From NCBI GenBank assembly GCA_038199935.1, contig JBBPYL010000121.1, positions 22 to 64,021 on the forward strand: DNA of 64,000 nt. The letters are read 5' to 3'. How positions within the stretch are numbered: the first letter of the stretch is position 1; each line of letters begins with the position of its first letter. The notes under the pieces were generated by a model. The model saw nothing but the letters and a program-made list of their open reading frames with translations. It was not told the origin of the DNA and made no database searches. Below are positions 58,992 through 64,000 of the stretch, piece after piece. A program made the position numbers and the translations under genes. This stretch comes from Propionibacteriales bacterium. Lineage in GTDB: Bacteria > Actinomycetota > Actinomycetes > Propionibacteriales > Nocardioidaceae.

Positions 58992-59760
58992 TCACCGTGA
59001 GTGTTCGCCTGCCGTCGAGACTCCTCGGCGCGTCCCCGCAGCAGCGATCGTTCGCTCTCGTTGCCGGTCACCGACGCCGCCTCGCGGAACGCCGCCGCCT
59101 CCGCATGGCGACCAGCCCGGGCAAGCAGATCGCAGCGCACGCTGGGGAGGAGATGCGATCCGGCGAGCACGTCGTACAGCGTCGCGATGGCGCGTCAGTC
59201 GGTCGTCTCGGGTGTCGCGGGACGGGCACACCGGGACGCGATCGCTGCCTGCAGGTGGTACCGGTCGACCGTCCCCCCACGCGCGACGAGCAGGGATCCG
59301 AGACGCTGGCAGCTCGAGCAGCGCCTGCAGCCCATGCACCTGGGGCTCATTGGATTCATCGGGCATCAGCTGGGCCAGCATCCGGGCCAGCCTGATCGCC
59401 TCGCGCCTCAGCTTGGGGCGCATCCAGTCCTCACCCGCGGTCGCGGCGTAGCCCTCGTTGAAGATCAGGTAGACCACGGCCATCACGTCCTCGAGGCGGC
59501 CCGTGCGCTCAGCGCGGAGGGGGAGCTCACAGTGCACACGGGCGTCGCTGAGCGTCCTCTTGGCCCGGGCGATCCGCTGCCCCATAGCGGTCTCGGGCAG
59601 TCCGTCCTCCTCGCTCAGGCCATGACCCAGCTCTGGTGGGCCAGGTCTCGAGGGCACTCACCAGCGCGTCCTGAGCCAGGTCTTCTGCGAGGTCGAGGTC
59701 GAGATAGCGGGTCACCCGGGTCAGAGCGCCGACCAGTCGCGCGGACTCGCAACGCCAGGC
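58992..59760 (-). pseudogene. Decayed ECF sigma factor (DUF6596-type)
   Basis: Fragments in three frames: ESARLVGALTR...AEDLAQDALVSALETWP; MGQRIARAKR, VYLIFNEGY, EAIRLAR; LLPSVR-DLL...AFREA. Confidence 0.8.
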
Positions 59761-60010
59761 TGTCGTACTCGAGCAGGGACCACCCGCCCACGACTCCCTT
59801 GGCCTCGGCGTACGGGCCGTCGACCCGCGTCGTCTCTCCCGTGCGGACGACGAAGTTGACCGCATCCTCGGTGCCGAACAGACCGTCCCCGTCGAGGAAG
59901 TGACCTTGCTGCGCCTGCTCAGCGATGTAGGCGTCCATCGCTGTGAACAGCGCCTCTGGCGGCGACCCGACGCCCTCTTCCATCCTGACGGAACCCATGA
60001 ACCGCGGCAT
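59757..60010 (-). pseudogene. Truncated YciI (DGPF-type) protein
   Basis: MPRFM...DGPYAEAKGVVGGW, then breaks off into the sigma fragment; C-terminus missing. Confidence 0.75.
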
Positions 60011-60227
60011 TGCTCTGCACCTCAGATCTGTGGCCCACCGCTGTTCGGTGGGCGACTCACCCTCACGTCGAACGACGACCTTCGCCTTCGACATGACCTA
60101 CGACATCCTTCTGGGGGATCGTGGCCTTCCGAGGTGGGTCCGCTCCAGATCACCGGACTCAGACGCCGGTTCGTCCGTCGACACCCTCGCGAAGGAGGTC
60201 GGCACACTCGACCTCTACGGTGATCTG

Positions 60228-60854
60228 ATGGCGGGGAGCTCAGCGCGACGAGGTGAGGTCACCGAGTCTGCGATCGTGCGGTGGGGAGCGCTGGCACTGC
60301 TCGTGCGCCCGGTGTACATCGCGACCGAGTTCGTCGTTGCAGCGGCCACGACTGGCGGCTACAGCTTTTTGGCTGACTCCGTCAGCCGGCTCGGTGAGGT
60401 CGGTTGCTCGGACACCTGCTGCTCGCCGAGGCATGAGCTGATGAACGGCTCATTCATGGCCTTCGGAGCGTTGCTGGCCGTGGGTGCGGTTCTGCTCGCC
60501 CGGCCTCTGGGGCCGTGGGTCACGGGGTTGCTGGTGGTCTCCGGACTTAGCTCGATCGCCACGGGCCTCGCGCCGCTTGACCAGAACGCCACCCTCCATG
60601 CGATCGCCACAGTGCCGTTGTTCCTCGCGCAGCCGATCGCGCTCGTCATGCTCGGCACACGGATGCGCACTGATCGGTCGCGTCTTGGTGGGGCACTCCT
60701 GACGACGGGAGCAGTCACCGGCGTATCGGCCGTGTCGTTCGTGCTCTCCGGGAACGGCCCTGTGTCCGGCGGCCTCGAACGCCTCGTCCTCTGGCCGGTG
60801 GTGGTCGGCCTGGCCGTGTTCGCGTGGACGCAGTTCCCGGGCCGCACTCGCTGA
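60228..60854 (+). CDS. DUF998 family membrane protein
   Basis: YS---D-VS-LG, SP-H-LMN--F, H, G-LER; about 6 TM segments. Confidence 0.8.
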   Translation: MAGSSARRGEVTESAIVRWGALALLVRPVYIATEFVVAAATTGGYSFLADSVSRLGEVGCSDTCCSPRHELMNGSFMAFGALLAVGAVLLARPLGPWVTGLLVVSGLSSIATGLAPLDQNATLHAIATVPLFLAQPIALVMLGTRMRTDRSRLGGALLTTGAVTGVSAVSFVLSGNGPVSGGLERLVLWPVVVGLAVFAWTQFPGRTR

Positions 60855-60976
60855 TGTCCGTGATCGCCGGCTCGGAGAACGACGACCCGCCCTCGGTCCA
60901 TCCGCGCTGAATGAGCTCGGCCCGACGTCGCAGACCCGGGCGGCCTGACCCGGACGACCACCCACGGTCGCGTCGC

Positions 60977-61906
60977 TCAGGCGTGGGCAGTGACGGCACT
61001 CAGTGTGGGGTAGGAGTCTTGGGCGCCTTCCGCCGCGGCGGCCATGGACGACACCACAGCTGCCCGTCGCGCGGCAGCGACCAGGTCCTCGCCTCGGGCC
61101 AGCGAGTCGGCCACCGCACCGGTGAAGGCGTCCCCACAACCGGTGGTGTCAATGACATCGGTCGGCACTGCAGCGATCGCGGTCAGCACCGGCGGACTCT
61201 CACCACCGCCCTGGATCACCATCGCCCCGCGTGCACCCAGGGTCACCACCGCGTTGCGAACCCCCAGGCTGGCGAGCCCGCGAGCAGTGTCCTCCCAGTC
61301 CATTGTCGGGTCGGTCACGTCGAGCAGCTGGGCCGCCTCGAGCTCGTTGAGGAGCAGCAGGTCCGCATCAGCCAGCAACTCCGCGGGCACCTCACGCAAC
61401 GGTGACAGGTTGAGCACGACCGTGGTGTCGGCCTGGTGCCCCAGACGGGCCGCGGCCATCACGGTCTCGAGAGGACTCTCCAGGCACAGGCAGACCACCG
61501 CCGCGTCGGCGATGGCGCCGGCGGCACCAGTGACGTGACGCGCAGCGAGCCGGCCGTTCGCTCCCGGGAACACCACGATGTTGTTCTCGCCGCGAGCGTC
61601 GACCTCGATCACGGCCACCCCCGTCGGCGTGCCGTCGACCCACGCGATCGAGTCCGTGTCGATGCCATCGTCGCCGGCGGCCTTCACCAGCATGCTCCCG
61701 TGGGCGTCGTGACCGACGGCGCCGATCAGAGAGACGGACCCACCAAGGCGTGCCGCCGCCACGGCCTGGTTGGCCCCCTTGCCGCCGGGGCGGGTGGCGA
61801 AGTCGTGCCCGGCGACGGTCTCACCCGCTGACGGGAGGCGGTCCGTCCTGATGGTGAGATCGGCGTTCAGTGAACCGATGACGACGACGCCAGAGCGTGC
61901 GGCCAT
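60977..61906 (-). CDS. rbsK: Ribokinase (PfkB family)
   Basis: VIGSLNAD, GET, PGGKGANQAVAAARLG, NELE, TLGA-G, DTTGCGDAF; start ATG 61906. Confidence 0.88.
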   Translation of the reverse strand: MAARSGVVVIGSLNADLTIRTDRLPSAGETVAGHDFATRPGGKGANQAVAAARLGGSVSLIGAVGHDAHGSMLVKAAGDDGIDTDSIAWVDGTPTGVAVIEVDARGENNIVVFPGANGRLAARHVTGAAGAIADAAVVCLCLESPLETVMAAARLGHQADTTVVLNLSPLREVPAELLADADLLLLNELEAAQLLDVTDPTMDWEDTARGLASLGVRNAVVTLGARGAMVIQGGGESPPVLTAIAAVPTDVIDTTGCGDAFTGAVADSLARGEDLVAAARRAAVVSSMAAAAEGAQDSYPTLSAVTAHA

Positions 61907-62201
61907 GTACCACTCCTGGTGATTGAGCTGGGTCAGAACGGGACTCCGCAGTGCAGGATCACGTTGGCGAATGGTGTCGATAGCGTTCAGGACCGCGCCG
62001 AGGACCTGCTCGAATCGCGGGACTTCCGGGTCACGCGCAGCTACCAGGGTCAGAGCACCGATCGCCAAGGGCCGGTGTGCGCGATCGCCCCACGACCGGG
62101 ACGCTTTAGCCGGACCGCAAGCGGTCATCGAGCTCGTCGACCTCGAAGGAGACGATGTCCCCATGGGGTGCCAGCAGCCAAGGCGTTCGAGGCCAGGAGG
62201 C

Positions 62202-64000
62202 CTAGGAACTCGGCGTGAGGGAGCCGTGATGTCCTCTCTGGACGGGAAGGCGCAGTGGATGAGTTCTCGTGGTCGCGAGCTGCTCTCCGAGAGCAGCTGC
62301 GGTCACCGGCCAGGAGTAGTAGAAGCCTTGCGACGACTCGCAGCCCAGGGCAGCAATCCGATCGTGCTGGACGGGGGTCTCGACGCCTTCGGCGATGACT
62401 TCGAGCTTGAAGGCTCTCGCCAGGTCAGCCACGGCCGTGACGATGGCGGCGTTTCCGGGGTTCCCATCGATGTCGGCGACGAAGGCCCGATCGATTTTGA
62501 GGATGTCGATGGGCAGTCGTGCGAGGTAGGAGAGAGAGGAGAATCCGGTGCCGAAGTCGTCGAGCGCCAGCCGGACGCCGAGGCTCCTGAGGTCGCCCAG
62601 CACGTTGAGGGTGCGTTCGGTGTCGTCGATCAAGACGTTCTCGGTGAGCTCCAAGATCAATGCCTCGGGGCTCATGCCGGTGCTGGTGAGCATGTCGTCG
62701 ACCAGGACGCAGAAGCCGTTGCTCAGCAGCTGCCGTCCCGAAACGTTGACTGCCAGGTGCAGGGGACGCTCAGGTGCGTCGCGTAGCCATTGGGCCCGGT
62801 CTCGTCCGGCCTGTTCCAGCACCCACTGACCGATCTCGTTGATCAGGGGAGACTGCTCGGCGATGTCGACGGCGACCACGGGGGAGATCTCCCCGTATCG
62901 TGCGTGGGTCCAGCGCAGCAGGGCCTCGACCCCGGTGACGGTCCCGTCGGCGGTGCGGACGATCGGCTGGTAGGCCACGGAGAGGGCGCCGTCCGCGATC
63001 GCGGTGCGGAGGTCCGTCTCCAACTCGTTGCGCCGGTTGTGCCGAAGGGCCTCTCGCAGGTCAATGACCCGATGCCCGTCTCCACCTCGGCGTTTGGCCT
63101 GGTACATCGCCGTGTCCGCGTCGACGACGAGCTGGTCCGAGACTTCGGTTCCTGGCCCCGCGTACGCCAGCCCGACGCTGGCGGTCACGACGAGGCTCAG
63201 GTCGAGGACGTCGAACGGCTCGACCAGCTGCTCGGTGATGCGCGTGGCGATGCCCTCGGCGTCGTGCGCGCTCTCGAGGTCCTCGCACAGGAAGACGAAC
63301 TCGTCCCCGGAGACTCGACACAGCGTGTCGCCGGGTCGGAGAATCGCGGAGAGTCGTCCGGCCACGGCGATGAGAAGCTGATCGCCGGTGTGGTGTCCGT
63401 AGTGGTCGTTGACCTGTTTGAAGCGGTCGAGGTCGACGAACAGCACCGCCGCGGAGCGGTGCGTCCGGCGGGCGCGCTGCGCGGCCCGCTCGAGGCGCTC
63501 GGCGAGCAGCAGCCGGTTGGGCAGGCCCGTCAGGGCGTCGTGCAGCGAGCTGTGGTGGGACCTCACGGCCATCTGCTCGGTCTTCTCACGCGAGATCGCA
63601 TTCCACAGGTACGCGGCCGCGACATCGGCCAGGGTCTGGGCCGCCACCATGTCGGTCTCGCTCAGCGGCCCAGCGGTCTGGCGATAGAGGTCCAGCGCCC
63701 CCAAAGCGGGACCGTTCCCGTGGCGCAGGGGGAAGGTGAAGACCGCGACGAGCCCGGCCTCCAGCGCGGGGCGGGCGAAGTCCGGAAAACGTGTCTCGGT
63801 TGCCAGGTCGGCCACCGCGACGGACGCCCCACTCTCGTAGGCCAGCACGCAGGGTCCGTCACCGATCGTGGTCTGCAGCCGCTCGAAGCGGAGCGCCGAG
63901 GAGTCCGAGGCGGCGATGAAGCGCGGGGGCTGTCCCTTGGTGATCATCGTGACCCCGGCCGCCGTGATCGGGAGGATCGCCACGATCCGTTCCACGAGGG
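62202..64000 (-). CDS. GAF-GGDEF-EAL diguanylate cyclase/phosphodiesterase (5' end outside the window)
   Basis: GAF (GPC, GALDLY); HDALTGLPNR, DLDRFK-VND--GH, RPGD I-site, SGDEF; EALLRW, DDFGTGFSS, KIDR, AEGVE, QGF. Confidence 0.93.
   Translation of the reverse strand, partial: LVERIVAILPITAAGVTMITKGQPPRFIAASDSSALRFERLQTTIGDGPCVLAYESGASVAVADLATETRFPDFARPALEAGLVAVFTFPLRHGNGPALGALDLYRQTAGPLSETDMVAAQTLADVAAAYLWNAISREKTEQMAVRSHHSSLHDALTGLPNRLLLAERLERAAQRARRTHRSAAVLFVDLDRFKQVNDHYGHHTGDQLLIAVAGRLSAILRPGDTLCRVSGDEFVFLCEDLESAHDAEGIATRITEQLVEPFDVLDLSLVVTASVGLAYAGPGTEVSDQLVVDADTAMYQAKRRGGDGHRVIDLREALRHNRRNELETDLRTAIADGALSVAYQPIVRTADGTVTGVEALLRWTHARYGEISPVVAVDIAEQSPLINEIGQWVLEQAGRDRAQWLRDAPERPLHLAVNVSGRQLLSNGFCVLVDDMLTSTGMSPEALILELTENVLIDDTERTLNVLGDLRSLGVRLALDDFGTGFSSLSYLARLPIDILKIDRAFVADIDGNPGNAAIVTAVADLARAFKLEVIAEGVETPVQHDRIAALGCESSQGFYYSWPVTAAALGEQLATTRTHPLRLPVQRGHHGSLTPSS

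Overview
High-GC actinobacterial chromosome segment. Gene content and order resemble Nocardioides/Propionibacteriales (inference). Bases 1-30 kb are a core region: fbaA, a dispersed de novo purine cluster (purA-purD-purB, purC, purS-purQ, purL, purF-purM), then DUF3073, a Leu/Phe/Val dehydrogenase and bldC. Accessory genes are interleaved, including a stand-alone PilZ-type BcsA-like glycosyltransferase. Bases 30-39 kb hold membrane and transport genes, ppgK, and a Ser/Thr kinase + FHA-HTH pair whose kinase has lost its catalytic core. The most notable feature is a ~19 kb catabolic cluster at 39.3-58.7 kb: two Rieske oxygenases, a GcvT-like protein, two flavoproteins, an Opp/Dpp-type ABC importer, four amide/peptide hydrolases and a TetR. 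Four copies of a CTGACT-N4-AGTCAG palindrome (one imperfect) sit at its promoter regions, two of them identical over 19 bp. The right end has decayed YciI/ECF-sigma pseudogenes, DUF998, a ribokinase and a GAF-GGDEF-EAL gene cut by the window edge. No rRNA, tRNA, CRISPR array or transposase was seen. Family assignments come from motif recognition, not database searches.
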